A stretch of 64,000 bases of DNA from Octopus vulgaris (Eukaryota), in NCBI GenBank assembly GCA_951406725.2, contig OX597818.1, positions 132,618,001 to 132,682,000 of the forward strand, read 5' to 3'. How positions within the stretch are numbered: the stretch's first letter is position 1; every line of letters begins with the position of its first letter. The notes beneath the pieces were generated by a model. That model was not told where the DNA came from, did no database searches, and worked only from the letters and a program-made list of their open reading frames with translations. The position numbers and the translations under genes were made by a program. Below are positions 1 through 12,140 of the stretch, piece after piece.

Positions 1-444
1 CCTCCTCCTCCTCCTCCTCCTTACAGGCAGGCAATCGATCTGTTGATTATGTCTAGTTGACCTCCCCATTAATTCTAACATCTCACATGAACCTTTTGAC
101 TTGTGGATTGGGATTTAGGAGAAGGATTAGGATTAAAATTAAGATTAGTTTCGAGAATTGGGTAAACCTGCTGTAAAAACAACTGTTTTCGTGTCTCTTC
201 CCCGTATCTCCTCACAGACAACGAATATTATTTGATAATATATTCACGGTTCACTCTCACACAACACCAATTGTTGTTAGTCATCATCATCATCATCGTC
301 GTTGTCGTGGTCATCCTCATCATCATTATCAACATCAAGAACTTCATTATTATAATAATTAAAAACGCCGTCATCATCATCATAACAATTATCTACACCA
401 ACAAATTTCTAATAAATAAAAAAGTTCCTTCACCAAAATCAATT

Positions 445-604
445 CTTTTTACTATCCACAAGGGGCTAAACATAGAGGGGACAAACAAAGACAGACATAG
501 GTATTAAGTCGATTACATCGACCCCATTGCGTAACTGGTACTTATTTAATCGACCCCGAAAGGATGAAAGGCAAAGTCGACTCGGCGGAATTTGAACTCA
601 CAAC
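445..604 (-). mobile_element. SINE family A, 5'-truncated copy
   Basis: Reverse complement matches the copy at 4983-5212 (GTTCAAATTCCGCCGAG..GACTTTGCCTTTCATCCTTTCGGGGTCGAT..TTTAGCCCCTTGTGG). Confidence 0.85.
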
Positions 605-810
605 CTCAGTACTTATTTTTTTAAACCCCTGACGCTTATTCTATCGATCACTTTTGCTAAGTTTCGGGGACGTAAACAAACCAACACCATTCAAGCAGTG
701 GTTGTGGCTATAGTAGAAGACATTTGCCCGAGTGGGACTGAATCCGGAGTCATGTGGTTGGGAAGTAAGCATCTTACCACACACCCACGCCTGCGCCTAT
801 TAATTTTATA

Positions 811-885
<75 letters not shown>

Positions 886-890
886 ATATA

Positions 891-931
<41 letters not shown>

Positions 932-1009
932 GTTGAGTTGTGGGGTATCGCACGAGTGGGATTATATAAGAAAAAAGGTTTGAAAATGCAATTTAAACGA
1001 TGTTTATTT

Positions 1010-1050
1010 ACTTAACCGGTTTCACTCTTTGGTAAAAGATTGTCAAAAGT
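1010..1050 (-). ncRNA. Minimal type I hammerhead-like motif, U3-A8 core variant
   Basis: Minus strand reads ACTT-TTGACAA-TCTTT tacc AAAGA-gt-GAAAC CG GTT-AAGT. Stem I ACTT/AAGT, stem II TCTTT/AAAGA, palindromic stem III AACCGGTT. Confidence 0.5.
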
Positions 1051-1074
1051 TACATTTAAGGAAACATTGAATAA

Positions 1075-1385
1075 TATGGGTTCAAAAAAAGTTTTTTACA
1101 TAATTGTCACATTGAATATTATGCATTCAAAAAAGTTTTTTACATAATTGTCACATTGGATATTATGGGTTCAAAAAAAGTTTTTTACATAATTGTCACA
1201 TTGAATATTATGCATTCAAAAAAGTTTTTTACATAATTGTCACATTGGATATTATGGGTTCAAAAAAGTTTTTTACATAATTGTCACATTGAATATTATG
1301 CATTCAAAAAAGTTTTTTACATAATTGTCACATTGGATATTATGAATTCAAAAATGTTTTTTTATACATAATTGTCACATTACAT
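1075..1385. repeat. ~43-44 bp minisatellite, about 7 units with alternating two-unit structure
   Basis: Unit TTCAAAAAA(A)GTTTTTTACATAATTGTCACATTG(A/G)ATATTATG; variants ending GAATATTATGCA and GGATATTATGGG alternate. Confidence 0.9.
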
Positions 1386-1794
1386 GTATAAATATAGTGT
1401 TTGGTAACAGAGAAGTTCAATAGTATAATGAGAATATTTGGGAAAATTTGGCAGAAAAGGATAAAACAAATATATTATTGGGAATTGGTTGCGTTAATTA
1501 TTGGTTGTCGCAAATTGTCACATTACATGTATATATATACAATCTTTGGTATATATATACAGCGTTTTGACAGCAAAAATTAAAATGGATTTTTTGTACA
1601 TCTCAGAATATTTTAAGTATGTTTTTACTGACCTGTCAGTATTAGCAGAAAGGCTGAACTGAGAGAACAGAAGAAGTAGCCAATGTGGTGTATACTTCCC
1701 CTTTATGCATGAATGATTTTGGGGTTATCAGGAGGTTAGTATGCGGGTGTGAATAGATGTGTCCTTGCCTGCTGGTCAGACAGCGTCTGTTTGT

Positions 1795-2010
1795 CACACA
1801 CATATATATACACACAAACACACACACACACAACAACACACACACACACACACACATAGTATACAAACACACACCACATACAAACAACACACACACACAC
1901 AGAACACACACACCCACACACAACGCACCCACATATATCACATATACACACAGCACACAAATATAACATGTATCTATATATAACATACACATATATATAA
2001 CACACATACA

Positions 2011-2048
<38 letters not shown>

Positions 2049-2551
2049 ACACACACACATACATACATAATATAAATATCACACAAATACACCTAGCATA
2101 TATATACACACATACAATACACACATACAGCATGTAAGTAATATACATACACAATATATGCATGCAATATACATACGCAATACATACATATAATATATAT
2201 ATATATATAGACAATGCATATACATATATACACATATACATATAAATAGTGTTTACATACACATACATAGATGTACCACATATACACACAACACACATAC
2301 ATACAATGCATACACATACACGTACGCATACATATAATATATATATACACACACACACATAAATACATACACACACAATGCATACATATATATACACGCA
2401 ATGCATATACATGTATTCATGCACATATAGCACACCTACAATATACATATATACAGTGCACACATACACACAAATATATACACATATATATATATATATA
2501 CACACATACATACATACATACATGCACATACATATATTTTTTCACACACAA

Positions 2552-2631
<80 letters not shown>

Positions 2632-2882
2632 ATTTGTATGTATTTATGTATGTATGTATGTATGTATGTATGTATGCATGCATGTATGTATGTATGTATG
2701 TATGTATGTATGTATGTATGGATGGATGGATGGATGGATGTATGTATGGATGGATGTATGTATGCATGCATGTATGTATAAGATTCAGTTGAATTAGGTA
2801 CTTAAATTGAGGCACCTCAATCAATTAAAGGAATCGTTAGAAACGGCCGTAATCGATTGACACCTGTACCTCTACTATTGGT

Positions 2883-2981
<99 letters not shown>

Positions 2982-3050
2982 AAGGGAGAGAGAGAGATGT
3001 AGACAGACGGACAAACAGTCAGATAGAGACAGAGAGAGAAAAAGAGAGAG
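1795..3050. repeat. Compound (CA)n/(TA)n/(TATG)n/(GGAT)n/(GA)n microsatellite field
   Basis: Directly visible simple repeats. Confidence 0.95.
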
Positions 3051-3353
3051 AATATAAAAAGTTTTGTCAGCTGACGTAATGTAATGGTATGCACAATGAG
3101 GGCTCAGTTTGGTTTATCGCTAAAACTCCAGTTTGAACTGCAATTGAAATACATGATGCTGAGACTGCCTATCCAAGGCGGCTAGGAGTGGTTTCCCCTT
3201 GAGCGAGAGAGGATATGGATTAAAATTTTTTAAAAAGGAAAAAGGAAAAATTTTTGGCATCACTCAAAAACATTTTATTTAGATAGAGTCCGTTACAGCT
3301 GTTTCTAGAATAGCCAAACACGTGGATCAGGATATTAAATAAGGATTCCATAA

Positions 3354-3389
<36 letters not shown>

Positions 3390-3522
3390 TCTTCTTCCTC
3401 TTCTCCTCCTCCTCTTTCTCCTCCCCCTTTTCGTACTACTACTTCTCTTTCACCTTCTTCAATATTTTGCCTTTCCCCTTTTCTCCTTCTTCTCCTCCTT
3501 CTCTACAACTACTACTACTACA

Positions 3523-3577
<55 letters not shown>

Positions 3578-4012
3578 TTACTACTACTAGTCTCCTCCTC
3601 CTCCTCCTTACATTTTTACTATTAAAGTTTTTCCATAAAGTAAAAAGAAAATATCTTTACTTATACAACTACAAACATATTAATACTGATATTCTTCAAA
3701 TTGTTCTTAAAAAACTTCAATATCAATAAAGTGTTGTGAAATTTCAAGAAGGAGAAGACAGAAAAATATATAAATAAAGAAATATCCTCGATCGAGGCTA
3801 TAATTCCTTTCCAGTTTGTCAAAAATAAAGGAACGAGCAGAGTAAAATAGATGTGGGATACGAGTTCCATGTTCGAATAAATGAGAATGTGTGAGGCTAA
3901 TCCATGGCGAGGAATAGGGGAAGTTATCACTCCCATTTCAGAATAGGGAGTGAATTAGGGTTGAGTGGGAATAATATATTTCAGTGTTAAAGGAAACGGA
4001 ATGCACTAGAAA

Positions 4013-4420
4013 GGCGCAGGAGTGGCTATGTGGTAAGTAGCTTGCTAACCAACCACATGGTTCCGGGTTCAGTCCCACTGCGTGACACCTCGGGCAAGTG
4101 TCTTCTGCTATAGCCTCGGGCCGACCAATACCTTGTGAGTAGATTTGGTAGACGGAAACTGAAAGAAGCCCGTCGTATATATGTATATATATATATGTGT
4201 ATGTGTGTGTTTGTGTGTCTGTGTTTGTCCCCTAGCATTGCTTGACAACCGATGGTGGTGTGTTTACGTCCCCGTTACTTAGCGGTTCAGCAAAAGAGAC
4301 CGATAGAATAAGTACTGGGCTTACAAAAGAATAAGTCCCGGGTCGAGTTGCTCGATTAAAGGCGGTGCTCCAGCATGGCCGCAGTCAAATGACTGAAATA
4401 AGAAAAAGAGTAAAAGAGTA
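4013..4420 (+). mobile_element. SINE family B (tRNA-derived, CORE-like segment, internal microsatellite), full length
   Basis: Pol III A box TGGCTATGTGG, B box GGTTCAGTCCC, CORE-like CCTCGGGCAAGTG, internal (TA/TG)n, (GTAAAAGA)n-type tail. Many near-identical copies in the window. Confidence 0.9.
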
Positions 4421-4982
4421 TATAATATGTGTATATATCCCCTATGCCCTTTCGACAAAGCTGCCCTCGCTGCATGGACTAGTATATATATCAGTTTCGT
4501 TTACCAAGTCCACACTCAAGTCTTTGGTCAACCCAAGGTTATAGTAGAAGACACTTGTCTAAGGTGTCACGCAGTGGGACTGAATCCAGAACCATGTTGT
4601 TGGGAAACAAGTTTCTTACTACACAATTACGCTTGCACCTACATGCGGGCGCGTGTCTGTGTTTGTACTCCACTACCGCTTGACAATCAGTGTTGTTGTG
4701 TTTACGCCCCCGCAAAATGCGGTTTTACAAAAGAGACCAACAGATTAACTACCAAGCTTAAGAAATAAGGAGTAGGGCTGATTCATTCAACTAAAAATTC
4801 TTCAAGGCGGTACATCAACATGACCGCAGTCTAATGAATATATATGTGTGTTTGTGTAGCACTTGCCCACTATAGCGGTGTAAAATCACTGTGTGATGTG
4901 TGTGTGTGTAATTGTGTGAGTGTGTGTCGTGATGTTCAGGCCTTGGCTCTGATTTTAGCAAGTGGTATTATATACCTTTATA

Positions 4983-5212
4983 GGCGGCGAGCTGGCAGAA
5001 GCGTTAGCACGCCGGGCGAAATGCTTAGCGGTATTTCGTCTGCCGCTACGTTCTGTGTTCAAATTCCGCCGAGGTCGACTTTGCCTTTCATCCTTTCGGG
5101 TCGATAAATTAAGTACCAGTTACGCACTGAGGTCGATGCAATCGACTTAATCCGTTTGGCTGTCCTTGTTTGTCCCATCTGTGTTTGGCCCCTTGTGGGT
5201 AGTAAAGAAATA
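4983..5212 (+). mobile_element. SINE family A, full length with 19 bp TSD
   Basis: tRNA-like head with B box GTTCAAATTCC and central GCCTTTCATCCTTTCGGGTCGATAAATTAAGTACC, which resembles the MetaSINE-type conserved domain as I recall it. TSD GGTATTATATACCTTTATA at 4964-4982 and 5213-5231. Confidence 0.9.
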
Positions 5213-5448
5213 GGTATTATATACCTTTATACCTTTCTGAATCTAAATTTGCCTAATATTGTGCCTGTAAAGGTGTGAACATGCTGGCCACCTTATTATT
5301 ACTTTATTTATATCATTAATAACGGTAATGACACATCTTTATTTAAAATTTATTCTTGCTCACGATAGCTTTCTTTTAAACGGAGCCGGACGTTTAAAGT
5401 AAGGAACGCACACGAGCTAATATAGTGAATATTTTAGAAGTAGATGTT

Positions 5449-5781
5449 GCGCATGGCTCAGTGGTTAGAGCGTCGAGCTTACGATCGTGAGGTTGTGAGC
5501 TCGAATCCCGGACCGGGCTGCGTGTTGTGTTCTTGAGCAAGACACTTTATTTCACGTTGCTCCAGTTCACTCAGCTGTAGAAATGAGTTGCGACGTTACA
5601 GGTGCCAAGCTGTATCGGCCCTTGCCTTTCCCTTGGACAACATCGGTGACGTGGAGAGGGAGACCGGTATGCATGGGCGACTGCTGGTCTTCCATGAAAC
5701 AACCTTGCCCAGACTTGTGCCTCAGAGAGTAACTCTCTAGGTGTGCAAACCCATGGTCAGTGTCTGACCGAAGGGGGTCAC
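5449..5781 (+). mobile_element. SINE family D, full length with 8 bp TSD
   Basis: A box TGGCTCAGTGG, B-like box GCTCGAATCCC, central TTGAGCAAGACACTT..CACTCAGCTGTA; TSD TAGATGTT at 5441-5448 and 5782-5789. Confidence 0.85.
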
Positions 5782-6127
5782 TAGATGTTAAAATTTTATT
5801 TTCAACTGAAGTTCCCAGAGTATGTTGATCATACAGGAGGTGAAATCAATTGGTATTGAAATATACATGACTTAGTGATGTATGCAACGCAAAGGTAAAC
5901 CTATTTGTCATATATTCATTGCATTGCTCGTGTGCATCTTAATTGTGAGTTTCTAGTGGTTTTAGAGCCTTGGCTCTGATTTTAGCAAGTGGTATTATAT
6001 ACCTTTTTGAATCGAAATTTGCCTAATATTGTGCCTGTAATGGTGTGGACTTGCTGGCCACCTTATTATTACTTTATTTATATCATTAATAACGGTAATA
6101 ATACATCTTTATTTAATAATTATATAC

Positions 6128-6159
<32 letters not shown>

Positions 6160-6160
6160 A

Positions 6161-6197
<37 letters not shown>

Positions 6198-6589
6198 ATA
6201 TGTGTGCACATGTACGTATGTATGTAAATATACGACCTCGCTCTTTCTGAAATCTTTATTCTAGAATTTTAAATTACATAATCTTAACGCGTTTCACTAA
6301 GCGTATATTAATATGCCATGTGGCAATCGTTACGTAGACTATTGCATAATTACATACACACGTTCGCTTACATGAGTACATACATATCTACCTACTTTTG
6401 ATTACCAATCTCACTTGGTACGCAGTTCTCATTTTGTCCTCAAACCACCTGAGGTTGGTAATCAATAATGAATTAAATTGCAATTTTCTTTTCTTAAAGG
6501 ATTCATATATTTTCTATATTTCCACAGTACGCACTTTTGATATTCCTATATACACACTACTGCACCTATAAATACTATGTAACTTACAA

Positions 6590-6790
6590 TGTTATATATT
6601 AAAGTGTTTAGCCGAATCTTCTGTTTTATACTGCTCTCGAATGTACGCTTTAATTTATTCAAATGTGTGTAATACCAAATGAAAGTCTGAGAATTCTTTT
6701 TAATACTTGATTGGAAGTTGGGTATACATGAATTTACATGGCGTTCCAAGCAACGTTTAACTAATATGTCATCCCATTCGGTAAAGAAAT
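6590..6790 (-). pseudogene. Possible decayed C-terminal part of a Penelope-like GIY-YIG endonuclease
   Basis: Translation ERHVNSCIPNFQ..F..KRTFESSIKQKIRLN resembles the H..C..F..R...ES..I....LN pattern of PLE endonuclease ends. A hammerhead 3' half (GAAACGCGTT) lies downstream at ~6286-6295. Confidence 0.3.
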
Positions 6791-6837
6791 TATCTAATAT
6801 AATATGATATAATATATAATATGAGTGTGTGTATGTA

Positions 6838-6877
<40 letters not shown>

Positions 6878-6907
6878 TATGTGCATACACACACACGTAT
6901 ACACTTA

Positions 6908-6955
<48 letters not shown>

Positions 6956-6974
6956 TATGTATATATGTATATAT

Positions 6975-7024
<50 letters not shown>

Positions 7025-7031
7025 GTATATG

Positions 7032-7071
<40 letters not shown>

Positions 7072-7264
7072 CACATACATATACACATATACGCATGCAT
7101 GTACACGCACGCATTAATATGCACATATATACATATATGTATAGATATGTGCATATATATGTTTATATATACATATGCTTATTTTCCTGAGCGTCTAATA
7201 ACACTATACTTATTTTACGTCTTCGCGTTGTTGTATTTTTGTCTTTGGGTTTTCATGTTTGGAT

Positions 7265-7337
<73 letters not shown>

Positions 7338-8004
7338 GTGAGTATGTTCATATATGTGTCTGTGTGTGTGCATGAGTGTGCATATGTGTGCACATGTACG
7401 TATGTATGTAAATACACGACCTCGCTCTTTCTGACTACGCTTATTTCATCTTCCCTGCAGACCTACTGCTTGCCTGCGTACTTATACATCGCTCGCATTT
7501 TTCGTCATAAAAATTATATAAAAATACATAAAAAATATATAAAAAATATATAAAAATATATAAATTCTTCTTGGGACATAACATAGAAAGCATGTTCTAT
7601 CTGTTTTCTTTAGGGGACACGTACTCACACACACACAGTCACATGTGGGCATGATCCGAAAAGCTCTGTCCTTGTATTTAGACATGTAGTAGGGTCTAAG
7701 CTGCTTTTCAGATAAGCCATCTCTCCATGTCGCATAGACCGCACCTTCCGCTGCCGTTAGTATAGGGCTTACATCTTAATATATATATATATTATCGGAC
7801 TCCTCTTAAATATATATATATATTCGCCATGCTGGACCACTGAATTCAACAGCACCTTCCACTTTCCTCTTGACACGCCATGTGCTTCAATATTTTTATT
7901 CCTTCACACTCACTCGTGTTTCCTGATATGCATATTTTCCCGAGCGTCAAACTAATACACTCGCTTGTTGTTCCCACATATGTCTTCGTTTTTGTTTTCC
8001 TAAA

Positions 8005-8018
8005 AATTTGAACTGTAT

Positions 8019-8064
<46 letters not shown>

Positions 8065-8078
8065 TTAAGAGAAGTCCG

Positions 8079-8118
<40 letters not shown>

Positions 8119-8132
8119 CGGACTTCTCTTAA

Positions 8133-8172
<40 letters not shown>

Positions 8173-8186
8173 ATACAGTTCAAATT
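8005..8186. repeat. ~180 bp near-perfect palindrome
   Basis: AATTTGAACTGTATAC(AC)n(AT)nTTAAGAGAAGTCCGATAAT-(TA)n-ATTATCGGACTTCTCTTAA(AT)n(GT)nGTATACAGTTCAAATT. Confidence 0.9.
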
Positions 8187-8302
8187 ATATATATTTGTGT
8201 GTGTGTATACAGTTCAAATATATATATATATATATATATATGTGTATGCATGTATGTATGTATGTATATATATATATATATGTATGTATGTATGCACGTA
8301 TG

Positions 8303-8341
<39 letters not shown>

Positions 8342-8446
8342 TCACATTGAAAGTATATATACGTAGAGCCAATATAATGGACATAAAAAGTGACAACGCT
8401 TTATAGAATAATGGCATTCAGTACATCACATGAAGCTATAAATAAA

Positions 8447-8670
8447 ATTCTTTATTGCCCACAAGGGGCTAAACATAGAAGGGGACAAACAAGGACAGAC
8501 GAAGGGATTGAGTCGATTATATCGACCCCAGTGCGTAACTGGTACTTATTTAATCGACCCCCGAAAGGATGAAAGGCAAAGTCGACCTCGGTGGAATTCG
8601 AACTCAGAACGTAACGGCAGACGAAATATTGCTAGGCACTTCGCCCGGCGTGCTAACGATTCTGCCAGCT
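8447..8670 (-). mobile_element. SINE family A, near full length
   Basis: Reverse complement of the family A sequence from GAGCTGGCAGAATCGTTAGCAC to the AATAAAGAA tail. Confidence 0.9.
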
Positions 8671-8823
8671 CTGTGTAAATGTTGAGTAGAAAACTGTTGG
8701 GTGCATCACCTGCTTTATAAATTTCTCAGTGCTACAAGCCAATCTAAATAAATTTACTTTCTAATTAATCCAATCAATGCTTCTAATTTTACTGGTGCAT
8801 ATTTGTTTGTTTGTTGTGGTATA

Positions 8824-9094
8824 ATATTGTTATATTTCGGAATGGTCATATTGCCAGTTTAGCCAAAAAAACACACGCACTATATATTTGGTGTTATTTT
8901 GCTTCAGTGTTATTTATTTTTTACATTAATCTTAATCTTATTTCGGCCAGAGTTCTTTCGTCACACTCCTGTGACCGCATCAGTGATCCTTTGTTTTCTT
9001 CTTACTTATTTGTGTCTCTCCTTACTAACCGTCAGCCATTTTGTGTTTTTATTGGCTAAACTGGCAATATGACCATTCCGAAATATAGCAATAT
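8824..9094. repeat. ~52 bp inverted repeats enclosing a hammerhead-like motif
   Basis: Arms 8824-8875 and 9042-9094 (ATATTG.TATATTTCGGAATGGTCATATTGCCAGTTTAGCCAA..AAAACACA). Confidence 0.85.
8945..8989 (-). ncRNA. Variant hammerhead-like motif
   Basis: Minus strand reads GGATCA-CTGATGCG-GTCACA ggag TGTGAC-GAAAG AA CTC-TGGCC. Perfect 6 bp stem II, minimal stem III, short stem I; the core deviates from CTGATGA. Confidence 0.45.
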
Positions 9095-9624
9095 CTGTTT
9101 CAACACACGACTTCACATAAAAAATCTTGCACAACAAATATTTAAACGTACTATGTGGTATAATAGTTATTGGAATTATCTTGTCTAATGACAAGAGAAG
9201 TGGCTTGATTCGTGTTGGTGATTTTGTACCCTTATCAATCATCAAAGTATGTATTGCACTATGTATGTATATATATATATTATATATATATATATTTACT
9301 ACTTGAAAGTATATATACGTAGAGCCAATATAATGGACAATAGCCTCGGGCCGATCAAAGCCTTGTGAGTGGATTTAGTAGTCGGAAATTGAAAGAAGCC
9401 CGTCGTATATATATGTGTGCGTTTCTTTGTATCTTGATAACAAGTGTTGGTGTGTTTACACCCCCGTAACATAGCGGTTTGGCATACAGAGACCAATAGA
9501 ATAAGTACTCGGCTTTAAAAGTAATATAAGCACTGCAGTCCCGGCTCTTCCGATAAAAATTCTTCAAGGCTGTGCCCCAACGCATGGCCACAGTCTGATG
9601 ACTGAAACAAGTAAAAGATAAAAA

Positions 9625-9654
<30 letters not shown>

Positions 9655-9661
<7 letters not shown>

Positions 9662-9947
9662 ATCACGTAACCGAACAAGCTATCAGATGTTGCTACACAT
9701 CGCTTTGGTCACAATGCGCTTCGCATTGTTTTAGCATTCAAGTGACGCCACCCTGCTGGCTAAGCGAGCAGGCCAACAGAGAAAGAGTGGTAGAAAGTTG
9801 CAGCGAAAGAGTACAGCAAGAGATCGCTACCATCCCCTGCCAGAGCCTCATTTTCGCTCAATAAACACTTACAACGCCAATCCAGGAATCGAAACCGCGA
9901 TCTTACGACCACGAGTCCGCTGCTCTAACCACTGGGCCATTGCGCCT

Positions 9948-9951
<4 letters not shown>
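9655..9951 (-). mobile_element. SINE family C (tRNA-Arg-like head), tail type 2
   Basis: Head GGAGGCGCAATGGCCCAGTGGTTAGAGCAGCGGACTCG..GTTTCGATTCC; tail ends GATCACGTGA, closely similar to 49538-49846. Confidence 0.85.
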
Positions 9952-9999
<48 letters not shown>

Positions 10000-11042
10000 G
10001 TTTGTATGTATGTATGTATGTATGTATGTATGTATGTATGTATGTATGTATGTATGTATGTATGTATGTATGCATGCATGTATGTATATACAGTTTTACT
10101 TCTTTCAGTCAGTTGACTGCGGCCAGCTGGAGCACCGCCTATATATATACATTATTCTTTGAAAGCCCAGTACCCATTCCATCTGGCCCTATGTATGTAT
10201 AGTATACATACATATATATATATACATATATACGACGGGCTTCTTTCATTTCCGTCTATCCACTCACAAGGCTTTGGTCGGCCCGATATAGCAGAAGACA
10301 CCTGCCCAAGGTGCCATATACATACCACACAGCCACTCCTGCGCCTATCTTTTTGTCGTCGTCGTTATCATCATCATTTTTAACGTCCACTTTCCGTGCT
10401 AAATGGGTTGGACGGAGTTTATTGAAGCAGATTTTCTACAGTTAGATGTTCTTCTTGTCACCAACCCACATCCGTTTCGAAGCAAGACGATATTTTTCCA
10501 TCCCAGACATGTTTTTGTAGGATATTGCAAATGAATGATACCGTTTGTATAACAGTGACAGTTATTTTCTATTCTTATGTGATGTCAATAGACACACACA
10601 CACACAGACACACGTAGCATCGTTGATAGGCAAGTTACTGCGATATTTGTCCAAGATAGTATCTCTTACGTTCGTGCTTTATTTAAAAACAACATATATC
10701 AGGGATAGAGTGGAGGCGCAAAGGCCCAGTGGTTAGGGCAGCGAACTCGCGGTCGTATAGATGAAAATTCGATCCAGCATTGGCTAGGAATGTGGCTGGC
10801 TGTGATTAAAGGTCTTTGATAAGTCCTAACTATTTGAAATGCCTCTGGCGCACTCGTTATCTGCTGGGTTGGTGGGGCAGTTTGGTTTCCTCAAATACAT
10901 ATATTTTTAACACACTACGTTCTGAAGAGATGTTACCTTAGACGAATATCATAGCAACTTGCCTATCAACAATGTATATACATTAAATATGATACATAGA
11001 TGGCTTTCTTTCTCTGTCTGACTACCTGTCTCTGTATGTATT

Positions 11043-11092
<50 letters not shown>

Positions 11093-11179
11093 AGAGAGAG
11101 AGAGAATAATATATATATATGTATGTATATAAATATATATACACATACATACATGTGTATATATATACATACATACATT

Positions 11180-11216
<37 letters not shown>

Positions 11217-11575
11217 CTAATGAAGGATAAAATTTTTTTCGAAAAAAATATATTCTTTTTCAAAAGAAATTTTATCAATGGCCAGCATATCAAAAAATAC
11301 CTTTAAAGGTTAAATCTATAAACAATTCATAATTAAGGGCAAACGAAAAAATCTCTAATGACAGATATGCCGAAAAATTGGACATATTGTCCATTAACCA
11401 TATAATTTTTTCACAATATGCACGCTACTCGAAAAAAGGTCGACAGAAATTTCTAAAACATTCCATTATTACCATATACCGATTTCATTATGTATGTATA
11501 TTGATATATATATATACAAATATATATATATAATATATATTTCCGAATTTGTGTAAATGTGTATAGCATAATATA

Positions 11576-11885
11576 TCAGTTGACTAAAGTTACATGGTAT
11601 AGTTTTCACGTTTTTTATTATTGTATTTTAAGAAAATTACAATGTTGAAGAGTATTAAACATTTAAAAAATATTCAGTTTTGTTCATAAAACTCAATTAA
11701 TCGCTTTCATACGTTCGTAGTAATCATCAGATTTAAAAATGCATTGACTGATATTTGGGTTGAGTTCTTGGAACTTTACTAAATATTGTTTCTAATGTTT
11801 AACACACTTCAACATCTAAAAAAAAAATCTTTAATACAATAATAAAAACGTGAAAACCAGATTATGTTGTAACTTTATTATGCAA

Positions 11886-11889
<4 letters not shown>
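11576..11889. mobile_element. Fold-back MITE-like element with ~130 bp imperfect inverted arms
   Basis: Begins TCAGTTGACTAAAGTTAC..GTTTTCACGTTTTTTATTATTGTATT and ends AATACAATAATAAAAACGTGAAAAC..GTAACTTTA..CAACTGA; TA on both flanks. Confidence 0.65.
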
Positions 11890-11939
<50 letters not shown>

Positions 11940-11940
11940 A

Positions 11941-12140
11941 AGTTAATCCAAACAAGAAAACACAGAAAAAAAGAGAAAAAAACTTTAATTAATCAGCAAC
12001 GCAGGACGTGGAACAATTAAAGTATTATTGACGCTCAGGAAAGAAGGGAAGGAGGGTTTAACGTTTCGAGCAGAGCTCTTCGTCGGAAACAAGGAGAAGG
12101 AAAGATCCCAAGAAGGGAAGACAGAGGAAAAAATATTTGA
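11941..12140 (-). mobile_element. Short hammerhead-bearing repeat (probable Penelope terminal-repeat fragment)
   Basis: Shares its terminus (CCTGAGCGTC..AATA..GTTTGGATTAACT) with 7185-7269, with related ends at 7935-8014 and 49430-49510; abuts (TA)n. Confidence 0.6.
12056..12090 (-). ncRNA. Minimal type I hammerhead-like motif
   Basis: Minus strand reads GTTT-CCGACGA-A-GAGC tct GCTC-GAAAC GTT-AAAC. Stem I GTTT/AAAC, palindromic stem III AACGTT. Confidence 0.6.

Noticed and set aside
110-150. Telomere-like TTAGG repeats
   Set aside because: Only a few degenerate units and no TTAGGG array.
1075-1385. CRISPR-like array
   Set aside because: Contiguous tandem units without unique spacers, eukaryotic context and no cas genes. 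The motif-spacer arrays at 24-25 kb and 28-33 kb have microsatellite spacers.
1642-3094. Long ORFs rich in Y/I/C/V/H/T
   Set aside because: They are translations of (TA)n, (CA)n and (TATG)n; the same applies to similar ORFs across the window.
7846-8040. YVGTT segment read as a GIY-YIG motif
   Set aside because: It is the antisense of the non-coding repeat terminus shared with 7185-7269 and 49430-49510.
10915-10965. CTGAAGAG as a hammerhead 5' half
   Set aside because: No matching GAAA or stem II partner downstream.
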